Part shown: piece by piece, positions 33,750 through 43,647 of the stretch
Position numbering within the stretch: the first letter of the stretch is position 1
Layout of the letters: each line of letters opens with the position of its first letter
DNA from: an uncultured Rhabdochlamydiaceae bacterium
GTDB taxonomy: Bacteria > Chlamydiota > Chlamydiia > Chlamydiales > Rhabdochlamydiaceae
NCBI GenBank assembly: GCA_963712275.1
Contig: CAVQHD010000001.1
Span: 480,001-544,000 of the forward strand
Length of the DNA: 64,000 nucleotides
Direction of reading: 5' to 3'
The notes under the pieces: model-generated
Told to the model about the DNA's origin: nothing
Seen by the model: the letters and a program-made list of their open reading frames with translations, nothing else
Database searches by the model: none
Made by a program: the position numbers and the translations under genes

Positions 33750-35948
33750 ATGGCTACACGTTCAGCATCTTTAACATTCCCCGGTTTACCTATAGAGGCC
33801 CAGGGGAAAATCTTTTCATTTCTCCCAATAGGAGCATTTGGAATTTTTGCTCGCGTTAGTCAAGCTTGTTATACTTGCTTTACCTCTTATAAAGAGACTT
33901 TTTTTAGCCAACGAGTGATTGATTTTAAACTCCGTGTTCCTGAGGATACGACTGCTTCTCAGACTTGCAAGGCAAATATTTTTTTAATTAAAGCCATTCC
34001 TTCCCCGACAGCAACCCCTAAGCAGCTCATGCGTTTTATCAACTTAATCGTGGATAAGGACCAGCCCTCCCTTTTAGACTGGGTACTGAGAAGAGGAGAG
34101 GACTCTATCCCACTTTCATCCTCAAAATTCCCACGTTCGTTAGCCTCGAACGAGATCCCTCTTGCCGCTATCGATATCAATGGTATCGTTTTGAACGCTT
34201 TACAAAACGAACGGGTACTTTGTTTACAAGCTGCGCTGGCTTATCCTAACTGGAGAGCTGGAATCATACGAGATACGACATCAAAAGGCCTTATTTACAA
34301 AGCCTCTTATCTTGAAAATCCCGCCTATTACCAAGCGCTCATGAAGATAGAGTCGTATATTACTCCAGAAAGACTCGACCAAGATTTTGCTCGCTTTGCT
34401 AGACAAAACGGCAAACTTCTCGTCACACAAGACGAGCTCAAGCAAATTTCCAATGATACTTTGCAAAGGGCTTTGGCTTCCATCGCTGAAAACGGAGATC
34501 TTGAAGAATTTAAAAAACTTTTTGAGCATTTAAAAGCTTCTTCTCTTCTTTCCAACGAAGTCGTAGGCAGTGCTTTTTCTGATGCCCTCGAAAAAAAGAA
34601 GATGGATGTGGTTCGTTTTATTCTCCAAAATACACTCAATCAAATTCCCCAGAAGGTTTTGCAAAATGCTTTATCCACTTTTGCTAGAAAGGGACACCTT
34701 GACGACTTTAAACAACTTTTTAACCATTTAGAGGATTCTTCTCTTCCTTCAGAAGAAGATATTATAGGTCAGTCCCTTGTTAATGCAGCAATAAATGACC
34801 ACCTGACTGTAGTTGAATTTATTCTCGAATCTAAAAAGCTTGTTTCTTTTTTTCACCAAGTTCGAGCCGCCTACAATGCAAGTAAACACGGTTACTTGAA
34901 CTGTTTGACTCTTATTTTAGATATTAATAAGGAAATTGCTGCTGATGTTATTGCTCTTCTTTTGAAAGATAAACCTTTGAAAAATAAACCTTCCCGCCAT
35001 CAGAAAACCGGTCGAAAAGTGGATTGCTTTAAAGCTCTCCTTAAAAAGCTTCCCCCCGATGTGAAGACCGATCCGTATTTCAATCTTGCTGCGCTTGGTG
35101 GGCATACTGAATATCTTCAAGTCTTTATCGAATCTACGTCCTTTTCTGACAAGGCTATCGATGATGTTTTAGCTGAAGCTATCAATAAAAAGGCCAACGA
35201 TTGTGTCCGGAATTTTTTTAGAACTCCTTCATTGATATCCAAATGTTCTATCAAAACCATCGAATCGGCTTTGAAGTGGACCCAAAAGACTTTTGATCTA
35301 CAAGATCTTCAACTGGTCATTTCTTCTCCTCAATTTCCTCAGGTCGGTGAAGATGCACTTAATGATGTCTTTTTGAATGCTATCAAAATAGATGATCACA
35401 ATTATATCCATACTCTGATGAATTCTTGCCCAATTTCTCGTTTTTCTCTTAACAGCTTAGGATTTGCCTTCTATTGGGCTGCTAAGCAAGGAATTACAGC
35501 AAAAATCAAAGAAATTCTCAATAGCGATCGGGTTTATGAAATTCATTTTTCCTTTCGCCTCATGGCCCGTTTCTGGGCTGAGGAGAATAGACATACCGGG
35601 TCTGCCGCTTTGATGAGTTCTCCCGACCTATTTCCTGAAAGTCAAGACATCAGGGGCTGGGCTTTATGCTGGGCTGCAAAAAATGGATTTATAGTAGAAT
35701 GCCAACAACTGCTCTCCTCCGGTATTCCAAGTCAATTTCTTCTACAATCATTTTGCTACGCGCTAAAAAACTCGAACCTACTCTTAGCCTCTTTGTTATC
35801 GCAAACCCCAGCTCCGTCTAATAGCCCGCTTGTGCCAACTATTCAAGCTTGGACTCAGGCTTTTTTAAGCGACAATCAAGCTCCCATGCCCCACTTTATT
35901 GAAGATGCCAAGTTTGATGATTTCATTCGGGGGAACGGAGAAATATGA
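33750..35948 (+). CDS. F-box-like N-terminus plus degenerate ankyrin-like repeats (putative effector)
   Basis: LPIEAQGKIFSFL; repeats such as AAINDHLTVVEFIL, ASKHGYLNCLTLIL, ALCWAAKNGF. Confidence 0.65.
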   Translation: MATRSASLTFPGLPIEAQGKIFSFLPIGAFGIFARVSQACYTCFTSYKETFFSQRVIDFKLRVPEDTTASQTCKANIFLIKAIPSPTATPKQLMRFINLIVDKDQPSLLDWVLRRGEDSIPLSSSKFPRSLASNEIPLAAIDINGIVLNALQNERVLCLQAALAYPNWRAGIIRDTTSKGLIYKASYLENPAYYQALMKIESYITPERLDQDFARFARQNGKLLVTQDELKQISNDTLQRALASIAENGDLEEFKKLFEHLKASSLLSNEVVGSAFSDALEKKKMDVVRFILQNTLNQIPQKVLQNALSTFARKGHLDDFKQLFNHLEDSSLPSEEDIIGQSLVNAAINDHLTVVEFILESKKLVSFFHQVRAAYNASKHGYLNCLTLILDINKEIAADVIALLLKDKPLKNKPSRHQKTGRKVDCFKALLKKLPPDVKTDPYFNLAALGGHTEYLQVFIESTSFSDKAIDDVLAEAINKKANDCVRNFFRTPSLISKCSIKTIESALKWTQKTFDLQDLQLVISSPQFPQVGEDALNDVFLNAIKIDDHNYIHTLMNSCPISRFSLNSLGFAFYWAAKQGITAKIKEILNSDRVYEIHFSFRLMARFWAEENRHTGSAALMSSPDLFPESQDIRGWALCWAAKNGFIVECQQLLSSGIPSQFLLQSFCYALKNSNLLLASLLSQTPAPSNSPLVPTIQAWTQAFLSDNQAPMPHFIEDAKFDDFIRGNGEI

Positions 35949-36012
35949 GAAAGCATTGCTCGAATAATGAGAGAGCTCCCTCTAATATCCAATTTCTGTC
36001 ATAGTACTTCGT

Positions 36013-37605
36013 ATGGCCTTATCTTCACTATCTGACCTTCCACTGTTTACCCTTCAGCCCCTGCAACCCGGTGGCAATCCAATCACGCTGCCCAGTGAGG
36101 TCTGCTCCCAAATTATCGAGTTGTTTGAGATAAATGATAATGAAAAATTGCTTTACGTAAGCAAAAAAAACTTTATCATTCTTCAAAATGTCATTTTTGA
36201 GCCACTGGTTGATCGTTTTAAGCTCCGTATGCCTCCTCAAGATAAAGCTTCTCTAGTCTATAAAGCTTTTCGAGTCTATAAAGAAAATCTTCCTTTAATT
36301 AGGGCCCTTCCTCTCTCAACAGAGAAGTTGTCTCTTGACCGAATCAATAACTTTATCAATTTAGTCGTGAAAAATGACCAAGATCTACTTTTATGCTGGC
36401 TGCTGGAAGGAGGAGAGGACTCTATCCCAACTTTAGATTCTTCCCCCTCATTATCTGCGGATCAGTTTCCTATCGATCCCTATAACATCCTTTTAATGGC
36501 CTTAACAGACAAAAGTTTTCTTTGTTTTCAAGCCCTCGCTTGTGATTCCTTATGGAAGGCACTACCCGCAGAAGAGACGCAAAAAAAAGAGCCTATTATT
36601 ACACAAGCTTTTAAAATGGACAATCTAGGATATTATCGAACGCTCATGAAAATAGATTCGTTTATAACTCAAGAAAGACTCAGCAAAGATTTTGTTTGTT
36701 TTGCGAAACAAAAGAGACAGTTTCTCATTGAGGAAAATAAGTTCAGACAAATTGACAGGAACTCTTTGTTCGAAGTTTTACTTTTCTTTGCTGAGAAGGG
36801 AGAGCTTGAAAGCTTTGAAAAGCTTTTTAAATATTTAACAGAAGCTTCCCAACTTCCTATCGAGCTTATAGGCAAGGTTTTTTCTAAAGCAGCCAAGAAT
36901 GGTAAGGCGTGTGTGGTTGCACTTATTCTCCAATCTCACGCTGAAAAGCTTGCTTCTCTTCCCGATTGTTATAGTAAAGCCGCCTATAAAGTGAGCATAT
37001 ATGGCCACCTGGAGTGTTTGACCCTTATTTTGGATGTTAACAAAGCGTTTGTTGCTCAGGTTATCGGTACTCTTTTAGGTGATCTCCCTTCTAACGATCC
37101 AAACACAGCGGAATGCTTTAAAGCTCTCCTTGAAAAGCTTCCCCCTAACACAAATATCGGCTGGTATTTATGGCTTGCTGTGGACCGTTGGCATAAACAA
37201 TATCTTCAGGCTCTTATCAAATCCCCCCTCATTTCCCAAGTTAGCGACAAGGACATCAATATTGTTTTTTCTATCGCACTAAACCGATCGATTAATAATG
37301 TCGGCGATGTGGACGCCGAAGATGATGCCAAGCTTTTTATAACTCGTGATTTGGTATCCAAATATTCCAGTGAAACCCTTGAATTGGCTTTAAAATGGAC
37401 GACTATGGGAGATCTTCGTTCAGAGCATCTTCAAATTATCGTCTCTTCCCCTCAATTTTCTCAGATCAGCGAAAGAGCCTTTGATGATGCCTTTTTGAGT
37501 TTCACCAGAACGAATAATCGCGGTTGTATCGATATTCTTATGAATTCTTGCCCAATTTCTCGTAACAGTTTAGGATTTTCCTTAAAAATCAAACAAGATG
37601 TTTAG
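36013..37605 (+). CDS. Tandem paralog of the preceding F-box/ankyrin-like protein, C-terminally shorter
   Basis: Shared FINLxVxxDQ, GEDSIP, LMKIxSxITxERL, SSPQFxQ, LMNSCPISR blocks. Confidence 0.65.
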   Translation: MALSSLSDLPLFTLQPLQPGGNPITLPSEVCSQIIELFEINDNEKLLYVSKKNFIILQNVIFEPLVDRFKLRMPPQDKASLVYKAFRVYKENLPLIRALPLSTEKLSLDRINNFINLVVKNDQDLLLCWLLEGGEDSIPTLDSSPSLSADQFPIDPYNILLMALTDKSFLCFQALACDSLWKALPAEETQKKEPIITQAFKMDNLGYYRTLMKIDSFITQERLSKDFVCFAKQKRQFLIEENKFRQIDRNSLFEVLLFFAEKGELESFEKLFKYLTEASQLPIELIGKVFSKAAKNGKACVVALILQSHAEKLASLPDCYSKAAYKVSIYGHLECLTLILDVNKAFVAQVIGTLLGDLPSNDPNTAECFKALLEKLPPNTNIGWYLWLAVDRWHKQYLQALIKSPLISQVSDKDINIVFSIALNRSINNVGDVDAEDDAKLFITRDLVSKYSSETLELALKWTTMGDLRSEHLQIIVSSPQFSQISERAFDDAFLSFTRTNNRGCIDILMNSCPISRNSLGFSLKIKQDV

Positions 37606-37607
37606 AA

Positions 37608-38294
37608 ATGGAGACCGTTGATTTTTTCATGGGTATGAAATTAGAAAAAAGCTGGCACGAAAAACTCAAAGAAGAGCTTGAGAAGCCGTATATCCAAGCG
37701 CTGAAGCAATTCCTTCTGGCAGAAAAAGAGGCGGGAAAAACGGTCTATCCTCCGGAGCCGCTCGTTTTTAATGCTTTTTTGCAAACCCCCTATGATCAAG
37801 TAAAGGTTGTCATCATCGGACAAGATCCTTACCACGGCCGCGGGCAGGCGCACGGCCTTTCTTTTAGCGTCCCGCCTGAAATTCCACTTCCCCCTTCGCT
37901 CAAAAATATCTATAGGGAAATTCACTCAGACCTGGGAATTTCACCTCCTAGGAATGGATCTCTTCTTCATTGGGCCCGGCAAGGTGTTCTCCTTCTGAAT
38001 GCCATACTCACCGTTCGAGCAGGAGAGCCTAAATCCCACGATGGAAAAGGGTGGGAGCAGCTGACTGACGCGGTTGTAAATTGCTTAGTTCAAAAACAAG
38101 ACCCGATTGTTTTCCTTCTCTGGGGAAAATCGGCTCAAGAAAAATGTCATCGTGTAATGGGAACCCGCCATGCTGTTTTTCAAGCGGCTCACCCTTCCCC
38201 CTATTCTGCAGACCGTTTTTTCGGATGCCGCCACTTTTCAAAAACAAACCAGTTTCTTGAGAGTGTTGGTAAGTCGCCTATCGATTGGTCATAA
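37608..38294 (+). CDS. ung: Uracil-DNA glycosylase
   Basis: GQDPYH, HGLSFS, PPSLKNI, GVLLLN, HPSP. Confidence 0.97.
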   Translation: METVDFFMGMKLEKSWHEKLKEELEKPYIQALKQFLLAEKEAGKTVYPPEPLVFNAFLQTPYDQVKVVIIGQDPYHGRGQAHGLSFSVPPEIPLPPSLKNIYREIHSDLGISPPRNGSLLHWARQGVLLLNAILTVRAGEPKSHDGKGWEQLTDAVVNCLVQKQDPIVFLLWGKSAQEKCHRVMGTRHAVFQAAHPSPYSADRFFGCRHFSKTNQFLESVGKSPIDWS

Positions 38295-38495
38295 GTTAAG
38301 GTTTTTGCACAGCCGCCAGATTCTGCTGACAATAAAACAACTTATCGACACAGTTATCAACAGCTCCATTTCCCTCGTGTGAAGCCGTGATTATCAACAA
38401 ATCCACACCGCTCAATAAGGATAGATCCTATAAGAATTAAAAGAATCTCTAAAGGAGAGGATGTGGGAAATTGGTAGGTTGAGTAGTATAGCGCT
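38295..38495. other. Candidate chromosomal replication origin (oriC)
   Basis: DnaA-box-like 9-mers: TTTTGCACA 38303, TTATCGACA 38342, TTATCAACA 38354 and 38391, AAATCCACA 38399, reverse TGTGGGAAA 38462; AT-rich GATC-containing tract 38415-38453. Confidence 0.65.
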
Positions 38496-39152
38496 ATGCA
38501 AGAACTTTCTTCACACCACTTTTTCTCATTAGAGAAATTTTTACACAAAGAGCTCTTCGACCCTACTGCACCTGTTTGGAATGCACTCCACCAGTTATCA
38601 CCCTTCCTTGAGAGAGCCTCTCTTGGAAAGATTGAAGTCAAAATTCCTGCAACCGTTTATTTAGTCAACCCTGCTCAGATTTCGATTGCGCGGGGGTGTG
38701 TGATTGAACCGGGGGCTTACATTCAAGGGCCTGTTATCTTGGGGCCTCGAACTGTTGTTCGGCATGGGGCTTATATTCGCGGTTTTGTCATTACAGGAGA
38801 GGATTGCGTGATTGGCCACGCGACGGAAGTTAAGCATTCGATTTTTTTGGACCGCGCTAAGGCGCCCCACTTCAATTATGTCGGCGACTCAATCCTAGGA
38901 AACGAAGTGAACTTAGGAGCTGGTGTTAACTTGGCGAATTTCCGCTTTGATGAAGCTCCGATTACATTCTTTTATCGGGGTCAAAAAGTTGTTACGAATT
39001 TGAAAAAATTTGGAGCTGTGATTGGCGATGGGGCGCAATTGGGGTGCAATGCGGTCACAAATCCTGGAACGATCATCGGTCCAAAAGCCTTTTGCTATCC
39101 CTGCACCAATATTAGAGGAGTTATTCCTCCGCAAACCATTTACGAGCCCTAG
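38496..39152 (+). CDS. GlmU-like hexapeptide-repeat acyltransferase (CT629-like)
   Basis: Left-handed beta-helix repeats, HFNYVGDSILG, NLGAG, KKFGAVIGD. Confidence 0.85.
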   Translation: MQELSSHHFFSLEKFLHKELFDPTAPVWNALHQLSPFLERASLGKIEVKIPATVYLVNPAQISIARGCVIEPGAYIQGPVILGPRTVVRHGAYIRGFVITGEDCVIGHATEVKHSIFLDRAKAPHFNYVGDSILGNEVNLGAGVNLANFRFDEAPITFFYRGQKVVTNLKKFGAVIGDGAQLGCNAVTNPGTIIGPKAFCYPCTNIRGVIPPQTIYEP

Positions 39153-39160
39153 GAGGTAAG

Positions 39161-40072
39161 ATGACACTAACAGCAGATCCAAGCCGAGTCTCCCAATTTT
39201 ATTTTCATCGAGACAAAATCGAGCAAGAGATTGCTAAAAGCATTCTGAATTTTGGTGAAAAAAATAAATTAAGAGATGCCTGTGAGTATGCTCTCAAAGG
39301 AGGAGGCAAGCGGTTCCGCCCTCTTTTAGTTCTGCTTGTTGCAGAAGCTCTTGGTAATCAATTGAGCGTTTTAGATGCGGCGCTTTCCGTTGAATTTTTT
39401 CATACGGCTTCTTTAATTGTCGATGACCTTCCTTGTATGGATAATGAAGAGGAGCGAAGAAGTCAACCGACGCTTCATAAAACCTATGGAGAGTCAATCG
39501 CGCTTCTTTCAAGCTATGCCTTGATTTGTGCTGCTTTTGAAAAGATTGAAACAAATACCGCCAAAATGAAGCAGGCAGGACCTCCTTATGGTGCAATGGC
39601 TGAGCACGTGGGGCTAATGGCGCTTAAACAGGCATCGCAAAGCGCGGGGATTTTAGGCGCAATAGGGGGGCAGTTTCACGATTTATTTCCTCCCCATTTG
39701 TCGCTGGAGACTGTAAAGGGTGTGATTTACCAAAAGACAGTGACGTTATTTGAAGTGGCGTTTGTTTTTGGGTGGCTTTTTGGAGGCGGAGAGTTTTCCC
39801 GCCTAGCTCGAGTCAAAGAATGTGCCTACCATTTTGGAATGGCTTTTCAAATTGCCGACGATTTAGGTGATCTTGCCCAAGATGAGAAAAATCAGCGCGA
39901 GATCAATTTAGCCAAACATATTGGCAAAGATCGTGCTTTTGTTCTCTTTGAAGAGGAGCTTAAGCTCTTTAAGATCTCATTGATGGAGCTGGGACTTGAC
40001 ACGCCCTCATTCAAGAAAATGTGCGAGATGCTATATCCGCTTGCTTTAAAAAACTTTACAAATCTTTCTTAG
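39161..40072 (+). CDS. ispA: Polyprenyl (geranyltranstransferase-type) synthase
   Basis: GGKRFRP, SLIVDDLPCMD, FQIADD. Confidence 0.9.
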   Translation: MTLTADPSRVSQFYFHRDKIEQEIAKSILNFGEKNKLRDACEYALKGGGKRFRPLLVLLVAEALGNQLSVLDAALSVEFFHTASLIVDDLPCMDNEEERRSQPTLHKTYGESIALLSSYALICAAFEKIETNTAKMKQAGPPYGAMAEHVGLMALKQASQSAGILGAIGGQFHDLFPPHLSLETVKGVIYQKTVTLFEVAFVFGWLFGGGEFSRLARVKECAYHFGMAFQIADDLGDLAQDEKNQREINLAKHIGKDRAFVLFEEELKLFKISLMELGLDTPSFKKMCEMLYPLALKNFTNLS

Positions 40073-40080
40073 AAGCTGTC

Positions 40081-41139
40081 TTAAACCTCTGCGAGTTCGG
40101 CGGTAGGAGTTTCTTCTGCTTTTAATGGGGCTGTTTTTTGAGAAGCAGCGGCGGTGATTGCTTTTTCAAGTTCATCGACGAGCTTGGGGTTTTTCTTGAG
40201 TTCTTCTCGAACCGAGTCTTTCCCTTGCCCAAGCCTTTGTCCTGCATAATTAAACCACGACCCCTTTTTTTCAATGATCCCAAAATCAACGCCGACATCG
40301 ATCAGCGATCCAAAACGGGAAATCCCTTCGTTGAAAAGAATCTCAAAAGAGGCGGTTCTAAAAGGCGGCGCAAGTTTATTTTTAACAATTTTGACGTTAA
40401 CTTCATTTCCGATGACGGTGTTGTCAGGGGCCTTAATCGATTCTTTCCGGCGGATTTCCATGCGGATCGACGAATAAAATTTCAAAGCCCGTCCACCAGT
40501 GGTGGTTTCAGGGTTTCCAAACATGACTCCAATTTTTTCTCGAATTTGGTTAATGAAAATGGCGCATGTGTTGCTTTTAGACAGCGTTGAAGCAAGCTTA
40601 CGAAGTGCTTGAGACATCATTCGTGCTTGGAGTCCCATAAACTGATCGCCAATGTCTCCTTCAAGCTCACTTTTAGGAACAAGGGCCGCCACAGAATCCA
40701 CTACAATGACGTCAACGGCATTGGAGCGGGCGAGCATCTCTGCAATGTTGAGCGCTTCCTCTCCAGAGCTGGGCTGCGAGATCATCAGTTCATCGACATT
40801 GACTCCAATACGCGCAGCATAGCCAGGGTCGAGAGCATGTTCGGCGTCGATGTAGGCTGCAAGTCCGCCTGCTTTTTGGGCGCTTGCCACGATATGGGTT
40901 GCAAGGGTTGACTTTCCTGAAGATTCGGGGCCGTAAATTTCAACAATCCTCCCACGTGGAACGCCGCCAATCCCAAGGGCAATGTCAAGAGCAATGGAGC
41001 CGGTTTTAATCACGTTCATTTCTCGTGTGGAAGAGTGTTTTCCAAGTGTCATCACAGAGCCTTCGCCGAACTGTTTCTCGATGAGTGAGATTGCAGCTTC
41101 TAATGCTTTTTTCTTTCCGGTATCATAATGTTGAGACAT
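40081..41139 (-). CDS. recA: Recombinase RecA
   Basis: [31 protein letters not shown]. Confidence 0.99.
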   Translation of the reverse strand: MSQHYDTGKKKALEAAISLIEKQFGEGSVMTLGKHSSTREMNVIKTGSIALDIALGIGGVPRGRIVEIYGPESSGKSTLATHIVASAQKAGGLAAYIDAEHALDPGYAARIGVNVDELMISQPSSGEEALNIAEMLARSNAVDVIVVDSVAALVPKSELEGDIGDQFMGLQARMMSQALRKLASTLSKSNTCAIFINQIREKIGVMFGNPETTTGGRALKFYSSIRMEIRRKESIKAPDNTVIGNEVNVKIVKNKLAPPFRTASFEILFNEGISRFGSLIDVGVDFGIIEKKGSWFNYAGQRLGQGKDSVREELKKNPKLVDELEKAITAAASQKTAPLKAEETPTAELAEV

Positions 41140-41181
41140 AAAATGGGCTCCTTTTACTCTTTAGTATAGCATGCGGCGGAT

Positions 41182-43308
41182 TTATTTTTGTGCGCTCATC
41201 CTCTCCAACCGAATGGTGGGGTAAAGAAGTTTTCCATTCTCAGCAATGGCTCCAATATCTCTCAGCCAGGCAGAGACGGCATATCCAATATAGGTTCGAC
41301 TCGACTGTCGAAGGAAAAAGTCGATGGGAAGGTTAAAGGCAAACCCTTTGTCGTAGTACCGGCGTCCGTTGACATGATCGTGCCCATTTGTGATGGTATA
41401 CCATAGAGAAACCTGAAGCCCACTTTGAAACCACCGACTGATCTCAAATCGCACTCCGCGGTCTTTGGCTAAAAACTGCCCCGCTATCATTTTACAATCG
41501 AGATTCCATGGCTGCAGCGTGTAATAAAAGTTGAGAAAGTATTGAACCCCCAAAAAACGTTCATGGTGGACATGAAACCCTTTAAGAAAGCGGATATGGC
41601 GTGTGAAATTAAGCCCCTGGTAACGTCTTTTCCAAACGGTTGCTTCTTCCACGCCGATGGCCCAAGCTGAATTGGCAGGATAATAGAGAAGCTCTGTCGC
41701 CCCGCCTCCATAGGCTGGCTCAAAATAGCCTGCAGCAAGCCTGTAAAACCACCCTCTCCCTAGATGCCAACTTTTTTGAAGATAGGCCATCTCAAGGGAA
41801 AGCGTATTGGATTGAAAATACCGAACGGTATCGGTTCGGACATTGGGAAGTTGCGAAGGGTTTAGGCGATCGACATCTCCTAGGTGGAGGAAGCTCGATT
41901 TGACGGCGTAGCCTAATTGCGCCTGATAGTAAATGTTATCAAACAAGTACCCTTCCGGAGTCAGAATTAAGCTTAAATTGTATTTAACCTTTCCTGTCGA
42001 ACTTCCAAAAAAAGTTTGAACTCGGGGGCAGAAGGTGGCAAGCCACACTTCTTTTTTACGTTTGTAGAGAGTTGATGATCCTTCAGGGCGGTATTGACTA
42101 TTGCTCATCGGCGACAACGTTGCGATCTCATACCGCGTGACAGATCCCTCGCGGTACCGATAAAGATCTTCTGCTTGAAAGTGGTATCCTTGGCAAAGCA
42201 CTCCGTCGGCCTCGATCATCACTGTGACCCGTCGAATGTTTGAAGGGGTAATGGCTGCTAAAACGCGTTGAATGCGGTCTCGAACAATAGGCTCTTGCCG
42301 ATACATGTTATTGATGATTTTAATCCAAAGCTCTCCCTCTTTGGTCATGTAGACGCGATAAAGATCAAGTCCCTGAAGTCCAAAGCTGTATCCTAGCTCA
42401 TTGATGAAATCGGCGCTTGGCCGCACGACTCCAAGGGGCTCTGTGTCTACGGGGGCTCGATAGAGAAGAGGTTCGTGAGTTTTGGGAATAAATCCTCGAC
42501 TTGTTCCCAAGGGGTATCTCAGGGCTCCCATCGCAGAGATTTCTCTTCCGCGATGCGAGCTCAGGCTGACCTGAAGCGTCTTTCCTAAGACATAAGCAAG
42601 GCCGCCGCTTATTCGCGTTGCTACTTTACGTCCAAGGGGATGTTCATGAGGGTGGTGTTTATAGTCATAAGCATCATATTCGGCGATCATCGAAAGGTGT
42701 TTCAGAAAGGGGATCGTTGTTTTTCTCCACGGAGACCATGCGATGCCTCCAAAAAAACCTTTAATCCGTTTTCTTCCCCATCCTAAGGTCGCTTCTATGT
42801 TAGCATCGATGAAGACTTTGGTTGCGACGATGTATTGAGAATTAAACCGTTTTGTTCCAATGAAATCGTCGGCGCCCACGGCAAACTGAGGAAGATCATC
42901 AACTCCATCAAGGGGAAGGTTAAAGACAAATTTTGCATTCCCAATCCGTTCAGCATCGTCTCCAAATCCGGCATGTCCAAAGTTTTTCTCTGAGATCCCA
43001 GTATAGATGCGATAATTAAATGCGAGCTCAAGACGGTCAAAATATTGAAAGCTTGCGCCATAATTGTTATAGGGATGGACACGAGAAGCTCCAAGCGTCA
43101 CGACTCCCTCCGGAGGCACACGGGCAGAGGGCATATTAAAATACCCCCCTATCATCGAACTATTTTGAAAAAAAGGAAGCTCATCCTTCAGACGGCGATC
43201 GATGGCTTCTACAAGTTCAAGATCCCGAAATAAAGACCCCTGATCCTCGAGCCCTTCCAAACAAGCGATGAATAAGAAGAAGCCTATCAACCTGAGTTTT
43301 GGATTCAT
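41182..43308 (-). CDS. YjbH-domain outer-membrane protein
   Basis: GYFNMPSAR, DDFIGT, FLAKDRG, YYDKGF motifs; follows the chlamydial recA neighbourhood. Confidence 0.75.
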   Translation of the reverse strand: MNPKLRLIGFFLFIACLEGLEDQGSLFRDLELVEAIDRRLKDELPFFQNSSMIGGYFNMPSARVPPEGVVTLGASRVHPYNNYGASFQYFDRLELAFNYRIYTGISEKNFGHAGFGDDAERIGNAKFVFNLPLDGVDDLPQFAVGADDFIGTKRFNSQYIVATKVFIDANIEATLGWGRKRIKGFFGGIAWSPWRKTTIPFLKHLSMIAEYDAYDYKHHPHEHPLGRKVATRISGGLAYVLGKTLQVSLSSHRGREISAMGALRYPLGTSRGFIPKTHEPLLYRAPVDTEPLGVVRPSADFINELGYSFGLQGLDLYRVYMTKEGELWIKIINNMYRQEPIVRDRIQRVLAAITPSNIRRVTVMIEADGVLCQGYHFQAEDLYRYREGSVTRYEIATLSPMSNSQYRPEGSSTLYKRKKEVWLATFCPRVQTFFGSSTGKVKYNLSLILTPEGYLFDNIYYQAQLGYAVKSSFLHLGDVDRLNPSQLPNVRTDTVRYFQSNTLSLEMAYLQKSWHLGRGWFYRLAAGYFEPAYGGGATELLYYPANSAWAIGVEEATVWKRRYQGLNFTRHIRFLKGFHVHHERFLGVQYFLNFYYTLQPWNLDCKMIAGQFLAKDRGVRFEISRWFQSGLQVSLWYTITNGHDHVNGRRYYDKGFAFNLPIDFFLRQSSRTYIGYAVSAWLRDIGAIAENGKLLYPTIRLERMSAQK

Positions 43309-43398
43309 TTCAGAGAGTCTTATAGCAGCTTTCGGTCAATTTTCAAAGATTTCGACGAACCCTGAGTTTTGCGAGCTACCTCTTCGACGAATTCATAA

Positions 43399-43504
43399 AT
43401 TTCTTCACCACAGAGACACGGAGGAAGATGAGATTGCACAGAGAAAAAAATAAGTTTTTCTCTGTGCAATCTCATCTTCCTCCGTGTCTCTGTGGTGAAG
43501 AAAT
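43399..43504. repeat. Perfect 50-bp inverted repeat with 6-nt loop
   Basis: 43399-43448 is the exact reverse complement of 43455-43504. Confidence 0.93.
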
Positions 43505-43647
43505 GGAAATAAGCACGAGTAAGTAGAGGTTTCAAATATTTTTTCTAGTTTCCTACGCCCTGGTTCTCTGCTGAATCAAGATTGAATAGAATTGTTCAGC
43601 CGTTTATACTTTTTCTCACTGGAGAATCTCACACTAAGGATTTCAAA

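Noticed and set aside
43268..43535. Short ORFs containing HHRDTE / FTTET
   Set aside because: Produced by the 50-bp inverted repeat, not credible genes
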